From contig JABHRS010000008.1 in the NCBI GenBank assembly GCA_018670085.1, forward strand, positions 70,136 to 134,135: 64,000 nucleotides of DNA, in the 5' to 3' direction. This document shows positions 43,834 to 52,997 of the stretch, in pieces (position 1 is the first letter of the stretch; each line of letters starts with the position of its first letter). The stretch is from an archaeon (GTDB lineage Archaea; Nanobdellota; Nanobdellia; Woesearchaeales; GW2011-AR9). Position numbers and translations under genes: made by a program. Below the pieces are notes generated by a model. The model did no database searches and was not told the DNA's origin. It was given only the letters and a program-made list of their open reading frames with translations.

Positions 43834-45057
43834 ATGAAATTAAAGGAATTTGAAGGCAAACAATTATTTCAAAAAGTAGGAATTATTGTAAGCAAAGGAA
43901 CCGTGATTAGATCTGTATCAGAGATCCAAGAGTTTAGTGGATCGCGGCTTTTGAAAGTACAAACTATTGCTGGTGGTCGTGGTAAGGCTGGAGGAATAAT
44001 TTTAGTAAATAATTCTAAAGAAGCAAAAGAGAAGGCAGCTGAATTCTTAGGACAGGAATTTTTAGGAGAAAAAATTACTGAGATTGTTTTAGATGAAAAA
44101 ATTGATATTAAGAAGGAGTTGTATTTAGGATTACTATTTAACACTAAAAAAAGGGTGCCAGTGTTTATTTTTAGCACTGAAGGTGGAGTTGAGATTGAAG
44201 AATTACAATTAAACTCCCCTGAAAAAATTAAATTACAAGAAATTGATATCTTAACTGGATTAACTGATGAAGATTGTGATATACTTTTAGATGGATCTTC
44301 CTTAGGCTCTGATGTTACTTTGCAACTTAAAGTTGTGATGAACCAGCTTTGGAAATGTTTTACTGAGTTTGATTGTAAGATGCTTGAAGTAAATCCACTT
44401 GTAATTACTGGTGATGATAAATTAGTTGCTGTTGACTCAGTAATTGTACTTGATGATGATGCGAATTATCGGCGTGAAATTAAGTTTCCAAAACGTTTAG
44501 ATGGCCGTGAAAAGACTGCAAGGGAAATCGCAGCGAACAAAATTGATGAAAATGATCCAAAAGGAGTTGCTGGAAAAACTTATTTGGATTTAGATGGTGA
44601 TATTGGAGTTTTGACAAGTGGAGGGGGAGCTTCAATGACCTTAATGGACGCATTATTAGAATTTGGTGGAAAGGCTGCAAATTTCACTGAATATAGTGGA
44701 GATCCTACGCGTGAAAAAGTTCAAAAATTAACTAGGGTTGTGCTTGGAAAAGAAAACCTCTCTGGATTACTTGTTGCTGGTGCAATTGCAAATTTCACTA
44801 ACATTAAAGAAACATTAACTGGAGTTGCAGACATATTAGTTGAGAAAAAACCAGATTACCCTATTGTAATTAGACGGGCTGGTCCGTATGATCAAGAAGC
44901 AAAAATAATGCTTGCGAATGTGAAAAAAGAACATGGACTTGACATTCATTACTTTGATGAGAAAATTCCAATGACTAAGGCAGCTGAAATGATGGTTGAG
45001 TTATCCAATAAATATAAACAAGAAAAAATCGCAAAAAGCGTTGGAGCTGAACAATGA
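43834..45057 (+). CDS. ATP-grasp subunit of a succinyl-CoA-synthetase-family ligase (SucC / citryl-CoA synthetase large subunit / AclB-like)
   Basis: MKLKEFEGKQLF, TIAGGRGKAGGI and DGDIGVLTSGGGASMTLMDALLEFGGKAANFTEYSG are typical beta-subunit blocks. Confidence 0.8.
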   Translation: MKLKEFEGKQLFQKVGIIVSKGTVIRSVSEIQEFSGSRLLKVQTIAGGRGKAGGIILVNNSKEAKEKAAEFLGQEFLGEKITEIVLDEKIDIKKELYLGLLFNTKKRVPVFIFSTEGGVEIEELQLNSPEKIKLQEIDILTGLTDEDCDILLDGSSLGSDVTLQLKVVMNQLWKCFTEFDCKMLEVNPLVITGDDKLVAVDSVIVLDDDANYRREIKFPKRLDGREKTAREIAANKIDENDPKGVAGKTYLDLDGDIGVLTSGGGASMTLMDALLEFGGKAANFTEYSGDPTREKVQKLTRVVLGKENLSGLLVAGAIANFTNIKETLTGVADILVEKKPDYPIVIRRAGPYDQEAKIMLANVKKEHGLDIHYFDEKIPMTKAAEMMVELSNKYKQEKIAKSVGAEQ

Positions 45058-45980
45058 GTATTCTAATAGATGAAAATACCAAATTTATTATCCAAGGAAT
45101 AACTGGAAAACAAGGTACGCGTTCTACAATTGATATGCTTGCGTCAGGATCAAAATTAGTCGCTGGAGTTACACCAGGAAAAGGTGGACAACAAGTTGAA
45201 GGAGTTCCTGTGTTTAACTCAATAAAAGAAGCACAAGAAATTGTAGGCGAGATAAACTGTTCAGTTGTAATGGTTCCACCAAGATTTGCAAAAGGAGCAG
45301 TAGTTGAAGCAATTGAAGCTGGTATTCTGTTAATAAACATTATCACAGAAAATATCCCTATTCATGATATGGCAGAATGTTTGAAACTTGCAAAAGAAAA
45401 AAATGTTAGAATAATTGGTGCAACCTCAGCTGGAATTTATTCTGTTGGAAAATCAAAATGTGGGCCAGTTGCTTCAGGAAAATCAAAAATTGCATTATCA
45501 AAAGGATCAGTTGGAATAATCTCTAGAAGTGGAGGGATGAGTTGTGAGACAGCACTTGTTTTAACACAAGCAGAACTTGGGCAAAGTACAATTGTGAGTA
45601 TTGGAAGCGATGTTTTGATGGGAAGTACTTTCAAAGAAATTGTTGAATTGTTCGAAAATGATTCAGAGACAAAAGGAATAGTTCTTTTTGGAGAAATCGG
45701 TGGGACAAGTGAAGAAGATTTGGCTGAGTGGTTATTAAAAAGAAGAGAACTTGGTAATCTATTCACAAAACCAATAGTAGCTTTTATCTCAGGAAAATTT
45801 GCTGAAAATTTAGGAGTACAAAATGTGTCTTTGGGTCACGCAGGAGCTATTATTGAAGGAACTAAAGGAACTCGTGAAGGAAAAGTGAAAGCACTTAAAG
45901 AGGCTGGAGTTATTATTGCAGAGTATCACCATAAAGTTGCTGAGTTGATGAAAAAAGAGTTAGAATTAAAAAATAATTAA
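45054..45980 (+). CDS. CoA-binding/phosphohistidine subunit of the same ligase (SucD / citryl-CoA synthetase small subunit-like)
   Basis: IIQGITGKQGT (CoA-binding Rossmann) and SLGHAGAIIEG (phosphohistidine loop). ATGA overlap with the upstream gene. Confidence 0.8.
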   Translation: MSILIDENTKFIIQGITGKQGTRSTIDMLASGSKLVAGVTPGKGGQQVEGVPVFNSIKEAQEIVGEINCSVVMVPPRFAKGAVVEAIEAGILLINIITENIPIHDMAECLKLAKEKNVRIIGATSAGIYSVGKSKCGPVASGKSKIALSKGSVGIISRSGGMSCETALVLTQAELGQSTIVSIGSDVLMGSTFKEIVELFENDSETKGIVLFGEIGGTSEEDLAEWLLKRRELGNLFTKPIVAFISGKFAENLGVQNVSLGHAGAIIEGTKGTREGKVKALKEAGVIIAEYHHKVAELMKKELELKNN

Positions 45981-45993
45981 GAGGAAAAACAAA

Positions 45994-46740
45994 ATGAAAT
46001 TTCAAACAAGAATATCTAAAATGAACACTGCGGATGAAAAAAATCCAATGCATGAAATTAGGGGGAAGTCACTTAGCAGCCTGATTGAGAAAAAAACATT
46101 TAGTGAAACTGTTTTCTTTTTATTGTCTGGTCGTGAAGCTAAGAAAAGTGAAGCTGTGTTGTTTGATAAAATGCTTTTGTCTGTAATAGATCATGGGATG
46201 GGAACAACATCAAGTATGACAAGTCGGTTTGTAGCATCTGGTGGAAATAGCTTGCACGTTGCAGTTGCAGGTGGAGTTCTGAGTGTTGGAAATTACCATG
46301 GAGGGGCTGTTGAAAAAGCTATGCAACAATTTTATGCTTGGAAAAATATGAACGAGTCTGAGTTGAAAGAAGAGCTAATTCGAAAAGTGACTAAGAAAGA
46401 AACAATTTATGGTTTTGGTCATAAAGTGTATAAACTTGGTGATCCAAGAGTTGAAGTATTACTTAACGAATCAGCAAAGTTAGAATTTGAATCAAAATTT
46501 TTGTATCTAAAAGATCTTGTTGAAGATGCTTTTAGTCAGGTAAAGGGTAAAAACATTCATATCAATATTGATGGGTTACTTGCAATCTTTTTATGTGATT
46601 TTAACTTTGATCATGTACTTGGAAAGGGAATCTTTTTAATTGGAAGAGTTCCTGGATTAATTGCACAATCACATGAGGAAATGACTCATGAGAAACCAGT
46701 GCGTCGTGTACCTGAAGAAAGAATAGAATTAATAAAATAG
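45994..46740 (+). CDS. short citrate-synthase-family protein (citryl-CoA lyase-like)
   Basis: Only 248 aa. VIDHGMGTTS...GNYHGGAVEKA and GFGHKVYKLGDPRV (citrate synthase signature G-[FYA]-[GA]-H-x-[IV]-x(1,2)-[RKT]-x(2)-D-[PS]-R), plus NIDGLLAIF. It lacks the N-terminal large-domain part of true citrate synthases. Confidence 0.7.
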   Translation: MKFQTRISKMNTADEKNPMHEIRGKSLSSLIEKKTFSETVFFLLSGREAKKSEAVLFDKMLLSVIDHGMGTTSSMTSRFVASGGNSLHVAVAGGVLSVGNYHGGAVEKAMQQFYAWKNMNESELKEELIRKVTKKETIYGFGHKVYKLGDPRVEVLLNESAKLEFESKFLYLKDLVEDAFSQVKGKNIHINIDGLLAIFLCDFNFDHVLGKGIFLIGRVPGLIAQSHEEMTHEKPVRRVPEERIELIK

Positions 46741-46771
46741 AAATAATACTGCTTTATTGAGATAATAAAAA

Positions 46772-47764
46772 ATGGTTGATTTAAGACTGATAATACTTTT
46801 TTTACTTGTTTTTAGTGTCAGCTATTTTTCTTTAAAATTTTGGGTTACTAGAGCAGCGGCAGCAGGACTTGTTGGTAAAGACATTCATAAGAAAGATCAA
46901 CCAGCTGTTGCAGAAATGGGTGGACTTCCGGTTGTATTCTCTTTTATCGTAGGATCATTTGCTTATCTTGGAATGAGGGTTTTTTTATTCGGTACTCATC
47001 AATTTAGTGAGTCAATATTTGCAGTAGTCCTTGCAGTATTAATTGCAGCAGTTATAGGAATGGTTGATGATATACTTGGTTGGAAAATTGGGCTTCGTCA
47101 ATGGCAAAAACCAGTTCTCACTTTACTAGTTGCTTTTCCAATCATGGCAGTTGATGCCGGTGTTAGAATTATGAGTATACCATTAATTGGACAAATTGAT
47201 TTAGGATTATTGTACCCATTTTTAGTGATCCCGGCTGTGGTATTAGTTGGAAGTAATGGGACTAATATGCTAGCTGGATTTAATGGACTTGAAGCAGGAT
47301 TAGCAGGGATTATAATTGCAACTCTTGGTTGGCTTTCATATGTTAGTGGGGCAAGTTGGATCGCAGCGCTTTGTTTATTGATGTTAGTTAGTTTGGCTGT
47401 ATTTTGGTTATTTTTTAATCGATATCCTTCAAAGGTGTTTCCAGGAGATACTTTTACTTATGCAACAGGGGCATTTATTGCAGCTGTGGTAATTTTTGCA
47501 GATTTAGAAAAAGCATTCATAATTTTGTTTGTTCCTTTTGTAATTCAATTCTTTTTGAAAGCGAGAGGAAAATTTCAGAAGGAAAGTTTTGCTAAATTAA
47601 AAGAAAATGGTGAACTTACTTTGCGTTATGACAAATTGTATGGCCTTGAACATGTGGCTGTTTGGTTTTTGAAGAGATGTTCACTTGAAGTAACTGAGAG
47701 AAAAGCAGTTTGGAGTCTATTAATTTTTCAGAGTTTGTTTGCTTTAGTTGCTTTAATTTTATAA
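46772..47764 (+). CDS. polyprenyl-phosphate GlcNAc-1-phosphate transferase (GT4 family of MraY/WecA/AglH type)
   Basis: About 10 TM helices. MVDDILGWK, NGTNMLAGFNGLEAG and VFPGDTFTY blocks. Confidence 0.8.
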   Translation: MVDLRLIILFLLVFSVSYFSLKFWVTRAAAAGLVGKDIHKKDQPAVAEMGGLPVVFSFIVGSFAYLGMRVFLFGTHQFSESIFAVVLAVLIAAVIGMVDDILGWKIGLRQWQKPVLTLLVAFPIMAVDAGVRIMSIPLIGQIDLGLLYPFLVIPAVVLVGSNGTNMLAGFNGLEAGLAGIIIATLGWLSYVSGASWIAALCLLMLVSLAVFWLFFNRYPSKVFPGDTFTYATGAFIAAVVIFADLEKAFIILFVPFVIQFFLKARGKFQKESFAKLKENGELTLRYDKLYGLEHVAVWFLKRCSLEVTERKAVWSLLIFQSLFALVALIL

Positions 47765-47780
47765 AGGGATTTTCTAAATT

Positions 47781-48476
47781 ATGGAGATAATAATGATTCA
47801 AAACAATGAAAACATGGTTCAGAGGAAAGTTTGTGCTATAATTCCAGCATATAACGAGGAGAAATATCTTGCTGAAGTGATTAGTGAAACTAAGAAATAT
47901 GTTGATTCAGTTATTGTTGTTGATGATGGGAGTTTAGATAAAACTGCCATAATTGCAAGTAATGAAGCAGATCATTTTTTGAAACATCCAGTGAACAGTG
48001 GGAAGGGCGTTGCCTTGCAAACAGGTTTTTTGTATGCACAAAAATTAGATTTTGATGTAATTATCACAATTGATGCTGATTTACAGCATGATCCAGCTAG
48101 AATTCCTGAATTTTTGAAGGTCTTAGATGAAAAAAAAGCAGACATCATTATTGGGGCTCGAGGTCTTGGAAAATCAGCACCAATTGTGTATAGATTTGGA
48201 AATTTTGTTTTAAATACCACATTTAGTATTTTATATGGTCAGAAAATTACAGATACTCAATCAGGATATCGGGCATTTTTAATGAAATCTTACCCTCACT
48301 TTGTTTGGCAAAGTTCAGGATATGATGTAGAAACTGAAATGCTCACAAATGCTCGTAAACATGGGTTAGTATTAGCTGAGATTCCTATTGCAACAAAGTA
48401 TCATAATTCATATAAAGGGACAACCATCTTTGATGGAGTGAAGATATTTTGTAAGATGCTCCTTTGGCGGGTTTAG
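47781..48476 (+). CDS. GT2-family glycosyltransferase (dolichyl/polyprenyl-phosphate sugar synthase-like)
   Basis: CAIIPAYNEE, VVDDGSLDKT and TIDADLQHDP. Confidence 0.8.
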   Translation: MEIIMIQNNENMVQRKVCAIIPAYNEEKYLAEVISETKKYVDSVIVVDDGSLDKTAIIASNEADHFLKHPVNSGKGVALQTGFLYAQKLDFDVIITIDADLQHDPARIPEFLKVLDEKKADIIIGARGLGKSAPIVYRFGNFVLNTTFSILYGQKITDTQSGYRAFLMKSYPHFVWQSSGYDVETEMLTNARKHGLVLAEIPIATKYHNSYKGTTIFDGVKIFCKMLLWRV

Positions 48477-48499
48477 TCATATATCAAAAGGGAAAAAAT

Positions 48500-48856
48500 A
48501 TGGAAATAATATTACAATCAATTGGATTTGGATTTGCACTTTTTATGCTTTACATTACTTTTACTCAGTTTAAACGCGGAGATTTAACAAGTAAAGACTT
48601 GGCTTTGTGGGGAATTGCATGGGTTGTGCTTGGAATTTTTATTCTGTTTCCGCAAGTAATTGATTCATTTGCGGGGTCTTTGTCTGTGCAAGGAGCGATG
48701 CAGTTTATCATTTTAATTAGTATTGGATTTTTGTTTATTGTAAGTTTTATTGTGTATCAAAAAATGCGAAAACAAGAGATGAAAATCAATAAATTAATCA
48801 GTGCAGTAACTATTGAAAAAACTCCTGAACCAATGGAAGGAAAAAAAGAAGAATAA
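48500..48856 (+). CDS. small multi-TM membrane protein (resembles the small partners found next to GT2 genes)
   Basis: The ORF track starts at TTG 48464, overlapping the GT2 gene. ATG 48500 gives MEIILQSIGFGFALFMLYITF. There are 3-4 hydrophobic helices. Confidence 0.45.
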   Translation: MEIILQSIGFGFALFMLYITFTQFKRGDLTSKDLALWGIAWVVLGIFILFPQVIDSFAGSLSVQGAMQFIILISIGFLFIVSFIVYQKMRKQEMKINKLISAVTIEKTPEPMEGKKEE

Positions 48857-48861
48857 TTGAG

Positions 48862-49665
48862 ATGAATAAGATGACTCTTAGAATAATGACAGTGGATCTT
48901 GAAGGAGATTTTGACACTAAAAATGTTAAGTCATTGGAAAAAATAGTCCCTAAATTGCTTGATTTGTTTGATTCTCGCTCAATAAAAGCCACATTTTTTG
49001 TGGTATCAGAATTACTTGATTCTCATTTAAATTTGATTTTAGAAATAAGAAGACGTGGACATGAAATTGCTTCACACTCAAAAACTCATAGTTTCTTGAA
49101 CTCTAAAAATAGTTTAATTGAAATACAAGAATCTAAGGCACAGTTTGAAGGTGCAGGGATTTATGTCACTGGTTTTAGATCACCTGGATTTATTACAGCA
49201 AATTCACATTTTGAAGATTTGAAAAAATGTGGGTACTCTTATGATTCTTCACTTGCTGTTTTTTGGCCAGGAAGATATATGAATTTTTGGTTAGGTTTTA
49301 GGCCGCAGGCATTTGTTCAAGAATCTCAAGAAACAAGTGGAAATAAAACTAAGATTGTAGAACTGCCAATGCCTACCTTTTTTTGGCCATTGATTAACTC
49401 TGGATTATCATATTTGAGATTATTTAGTCCAGTATCTTTATTGTTTAGAAATCAGTACATGTTCTATCTACATCCTTGGGAGTTTTTAGAAAAGAGTGAT
49501 TTACCTCAGGAAAAGTTGAAATCATTTTTAGGTAAGTTATTACAAAGAAATACTGGAGATAAGGCTTGGAAAATATTTGAGAAATTTTTAGATCAGTGTG
49601 AGAAGAAAAAAGTTGAGTGGGTAAGTTGTTCTGAGTATATTGAGAAGGTTGGCGTTGCTAAGTGA
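48862..49665 (+). CDS. polysaccharide deacetylase (CE4-like)
   Basis: MTVDLEGDF, RRGHEIASHSKTH and GFRSPGF. Confidence 0.7.
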   Translation: MNKMTLRIMTVDLEGDFDTKNVKSLEKIVPKLLDLFDSRSIKATFFVVSELLDSHLNLILEIRRRGHEIASHSKTHSFLNSKNSLIEIQESKAQFEGAGIYVTGFRSPGFITANSHFEDLKKCGYSYDSSLAVFWPGRYMNFWLGFRPQAFVQESQETSGNKTKIVELPMPTFFWPLINSGLSYLRLFSPVSLLFRNQYMFYLHPWEFLEKSDLPQEKLKSFLGKLLQRNTGDKAWKIFEKFLDQCEKKKVEWVSCSEYIEKVGVAK

Positions 49666-49667
49666 GA

Positions 49668-50735
49668 TTAAATACCTAATTCCCTTCTTAGCCTCATTCC
49701 CATCCATTCTGTAACTTTTAGTGGAAGATGTTGCCATATTTTAATTGCAAGTTTGTATTTACTGCTATTTGGATCAAGTTGTTCTGGAATACTTTTGGAT
49801 TTAAGATTCATATAAAATGTAGGCAGATTTGATAACTCTCCCCCCCATTTGCGTTTGTATTCAAAATGACCAGAAGCTTCTCTCACGACTCCAAAATCAA
49901 ATGATTCAAAACCATTTTTGGTAGCCCAACTGATAAATTCCCAATGCATTAAGTCGCTTGGTCTGTATGAAGAAAATTTTGGGTTAGAGATAGCTGTTGT
50001 AATGTGAATTGTTTTGTTATGAGTAAATCCGAGCAATGCAGATATTAATTTATTCTCTTTGAAACACCCATACACTCTTCCCTGATTATTTTTTTGAATT
50101 AATTGGAAAAAGTTACTAAAATAATTTTTACTATATGGTGGACTTCCAAATCTTCGCATATTTTGCAGATAGAGCTTATAGAGGGGATTTAGATCTTGAA
50201 TAGTTAATTCTCTACAAGTGCAATTTTTCCTTGCTTTGTTTATTGCTTTGCGTTTTGATTTTTGGATATTTTTCCATAAAGTTTCTTCGTCTGTTAATTT
50301 AAGAACAAAACGCTTAACACTTTCTTTTTTGATAATATTATATCGGTTTATCTTAGTAGAATTTTTTGGATTATTCTCTTTGTCTATTGATCCATTAATG
50401 ATTAAGTTTTGAAATTCGTTTTGGTATTTTTTTTTGATAAAATCTAAGATTTGTGATAAGAATTTTTGATCTCCTACCATCCCACCATACTCTTGATATC
50501 CAGTTGAGATGATTCTGTTACCAAAAATTATGCTTTTAACTTTGGTGATTGGTAGAACTGTTTTAATCTCTTGTGTATCTTGGTCTTTTGCAATAATGAA
50601 ACATTGTTGATCATTTTTGAAGCTAAAACTTTTGGTGATGAATTCATTCCAAATGTTTGTATGGTATAGAAATGTTTCAGTCTGTAATTCTGTTGTGAAA
50701 TCTACAGAAGATACTTCTTCAATTACGATATTCAT
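49668..50735 (-). CDS. FemAB/CelD-like GNAT-fold acyl- or aminoacyl-transferase
   Basis: 355 aa. The C-terminal block SDLMHWEFISWATKNGFESFDFGVVREASGHFEYKRKWGG is typical of the FemAB-like acetyltransferase family. Confidence 0.55.
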   Translation of the reverse strand: MNIVIEEVSSVDFTTELQTETFLYHTNIWNEFITKSFSFKNDQQCFIIAKDQDTQEIKTVLPITKVKSIIFGNRIISTGYQEYGGMVGDQKFLSQILDFIKKKYQNEFQNLIINGSIDKENNPKNSTKINRYNIIKKESVKRFVLKLTDEETLWKNIQKSKRKAINKARKNCTCRELTIQDLNPLYKLYLQNMRRFGSPPYSKNYFSNFFQLIQKNNQGRVYGCFKENKLISALLGFTHNKTIHITTAISNPKFSSYRPSDLMHWEFISWATKNGFESFDFGVVREASGHFEYKRKWGGELSNLPTFYMNLKSKSIPEQLDPNSSKYKLAIKIWQHLPLKVTEWMGMRLRRELGI

Positions 50736-51787
50736 TGAATCACCTGTTTGATTTTTTCAATTTCTTTTTTGGATCTTAATAATGCAAACGCTAGATGATT
50801 CTTGGCAGCAAATCTTGCTTTTGGAAATTTTGACTTTTGATTTTCTGGTGCTAGAAATTTGAATGATTTCATATTGTCTAGTTCTATTTCTTTTTTTGCA
50901 GCTTTGGTTTTAATTTCAGTTGATTTTTCTTTGATAATTGGCAAATACAAACAAGCGTCTGTGCTTTGGTTTCCAGTGAGCACAGTATAGTTTTTTCTGC
51001 GTTTATTTATTACGCTCGCGTAGCAGTTTGCTTTGTAATTGATCACATTTTGAGCAAATTTAGGTAGAGTATATTGTTTTGCAGGATAATTTTTGATGTT
51101 GGAAACTTGTTTGTTAAGTAATTTTTGAGTCAGTGGAAATAGTAAGTTACTAACAATTATTGGACCAATGATACTTTGAATTATTGATTTTGTCAGATTA
51201 ACCAATGGCATCTTTTTTTGTGATGGTAATTTGAGCTGATTGTCAGATGCAATTAATCCTCCAGTGAATCCAATATTTTTACTAATACCAAACGAGTAAA
51301 TGGCATAGTCTCCAATGGCTCCTGCTAATTTGTTGTTTTGGCTAGCACCAAGAGCTTGTGCACAGTCTTCGATAACCGTAATATTGTTCTGTTTGCAAAG
51401 ATTAGATATTTGTTGAATGTTAGATGGAAGATATCCAAAGTTGTAACATAGTAGAAGAACATCTGGTTTTTGAATGATTACAGATTCAATGTCTTCTTTG
51501 GAGCAGGTAACGCTACTGTCATAGTAGATGATTTTGCAATCTGCGTTTTGGGCTGCTTCTTTGACAACTTGACAAGTGAATGCAGGAATTGCAATAGTTA
51601 GTTTATTTTCGGACTTTTGTTGTAATGATCTGAGTAATAGAAATAATGCGTTTCTTGCGCTAGAAGTCCAGTATAAATTTGATTTTGGGATAAATAATCT
51701 AAGACTGCTATCTGATTGCGGAATGAATCCTGCTAACCAGTCCCATGGTTTGATCATTAATTTTTGTTGGGGAATTGTGTACATCAT
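50732..51787 (-). CDS. DegT/DnrJ/EryC1/StrS-family PLP-dependent sugar aminotransferase
   Basis: Fold-type I pattern with VIEDCAQALGA and YSFGISKNIGFTGGL (Schiff-base Lys). 4-nt overlap with the FemAB-like gene. Confidence 0.65.
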   Translation of the reverse strand: MMYTIPQQKLMIKPWDWLAGFIPQSDSSLRLFIPKSNLYWTSSARNALFLLLRSLQQKSENKLTIAIPAFTCQVVKEAAQNADCKIIYYDSSVTCSKEDIESVIIQKPDVLLLCYNFGYLPSNIQQISNLCKQNNITVIEDCAQALGASQNNKLAGAIGDYAIYSFGISKNIGFTGGLIASDNQLKLPSQKKMPLVNLTKSIIQSIIGPIIVSNLLFPLTQKLLNKQVSNIKNYPAKQYTLPKFAQNVINYKANCYASVINKRRKNYTVLTGNQSTDACLYLPIIKEKSTEIKTKAAKKEIELDNMKSFKFLAPENQKSKFPKARFAAKNHLAFALLRSKKEIEKIKQVIQ

Positions 51788-51836
51788 TTTCTTTTTGCAG
51801 TAAGTATTTAAATAGATTGTGTAGGGAAATACTTAG

Positions 51837-52997
51837 ATGAAAATAACTTATATCTGTCCTACAAATTGTGTTCGTAGACCAATTGCTGAACTTGCTATTT
51901 TGCTTTCAAAAAAAGGGCACGAAGTTAGTGTTGCATATCCATATAGTAAAGAATGTCCTACAGATCACTGGGCTCCAAACAAAAAAATCTTGGATTATAA
52001 AAATGTGAAAAATGTTCACATATCATCATACTATCTCTCTTCTTTACCTTACAATTTTGTCAAACCGATGTCAATGCTCCGTCACGTTCGTGAAATTTTT
52101 AAAGCAGATGTTGTGCACTTGTGGGAATATTGGTATCCAATTTGTATGTTTATTATTTTCTACGCTCTAGTTACTGGACAGCGCAAGAAATTGATTATGA
52201 CAACAGATGGCTTAGTTGGATATTCATATGTTCCAAAGGATCCTTGGTGGGCAGTACCTGTGTTTAAAGTTTATACAAAGACAATTGGACAAATTTTATT
52301 CCGAATTCCTGGAAAGTTGACTACTTATGGGAATGCAATGCTTTCACATGCTAAAAAAGCTGGAATGCCAATGAAAAAATTGATGGTTCAGGGAACGGGA
52401 ATCCATTTAGATAAATTTCAACATGTTTCTGAAGAGAAAGTAAATGACTTGAGAGAGGAATTTTCAGTTGAATCTGATGAGAAAGTGTTATTATTTGTTG
52501 GAATGTTAACTGAGAGGAAGGGAGTTAAAACAGTAATTGAAGTTGGAATCAGATTATTGGATACTGGTAAAAAAATTAAGGTTTTGTTGGTAGGAAGTAC
52601 TGATGATAAACTTTTTTATAAAAAATTAGTGCCTAAAAAATATTCAAAAAAAATAGTATTTGTAGGTGGAAGAACTGATATCCCTGTTTGGATGAATCTA
52701 GCTGATGTGTTATTGCTTCCATCAGAAGGAGAAGGACTCCCTGGTGTTGTAATGGAGGCTATGGCTTCAGGAACAGCTTGTGTAGCTACAAATGAAGGAT
52801 GTACTCCAGATTTAATTGACTCTGGGACTAATGGTTTCTTGGTTGAACATGCTGATGTAGCTAGCTATACTGACGCTGTGAAACAGGTGCTTGATGACTC
52901 AAAGAAATTTGGCGATGCCGCATATGAAAAAATAAAAAATTTTGGATGGGAAAAAGTTGCTAAAGAGTATTTGGAAATTTATAATAAAGAAGTGTAA
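51837..52997 (+). CDS. GT4-family (group 1) glycosyltransferase
   Basis: LLPSEGEGLPGVVMEAMASGTACVATNEGCTPDLI..GTNGFLV (EX7E region). Confidence 0.8.
   Translation: MKITYICPTNCVRRPIAELAILLSKKGHEVSVAYPYSKECPTDHWAPNKKILDYKNVKNVHISSYYLSSLPYNFVKPMSMLRHVREIFKADVVHLWEYWYPICMFIIFYALVTGQRKKLIMTTDGLVGYSYVPKDPWWAVPVFKVYTKTIGQILFRIPGKLTTYGNAMLSHAKKAGMPMKKLMVQGTGIHLDKFQHVSEEKVNDLREEFSVESDEKVLLFVGMLTERKGVKTVIEVGIRLLDTGKKIKVLLVGSTDDKLFYKKLVPKKYSKKIVFVGGRTDIPVWMNLADVLLLPSEGEGLPGVVMEAMASGTACVATNEGCTPDLIDSGTNGFLVEHADVASYTDAVKQVLDDSKKFGDAAYEKIKNFGWEKVAKEYLEIYNKEV

Noticed and set aside
42915-45766. Antisense ORFs of 100-123 aa (42915-43217, 43869-44177, 44480-44680, 44975-45346, 45437-45766)
   Set aside because: All lie opposite genes with strong family signatures (S-layer protein, SucC-like, SucD-like). 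No independent evidence supports them.
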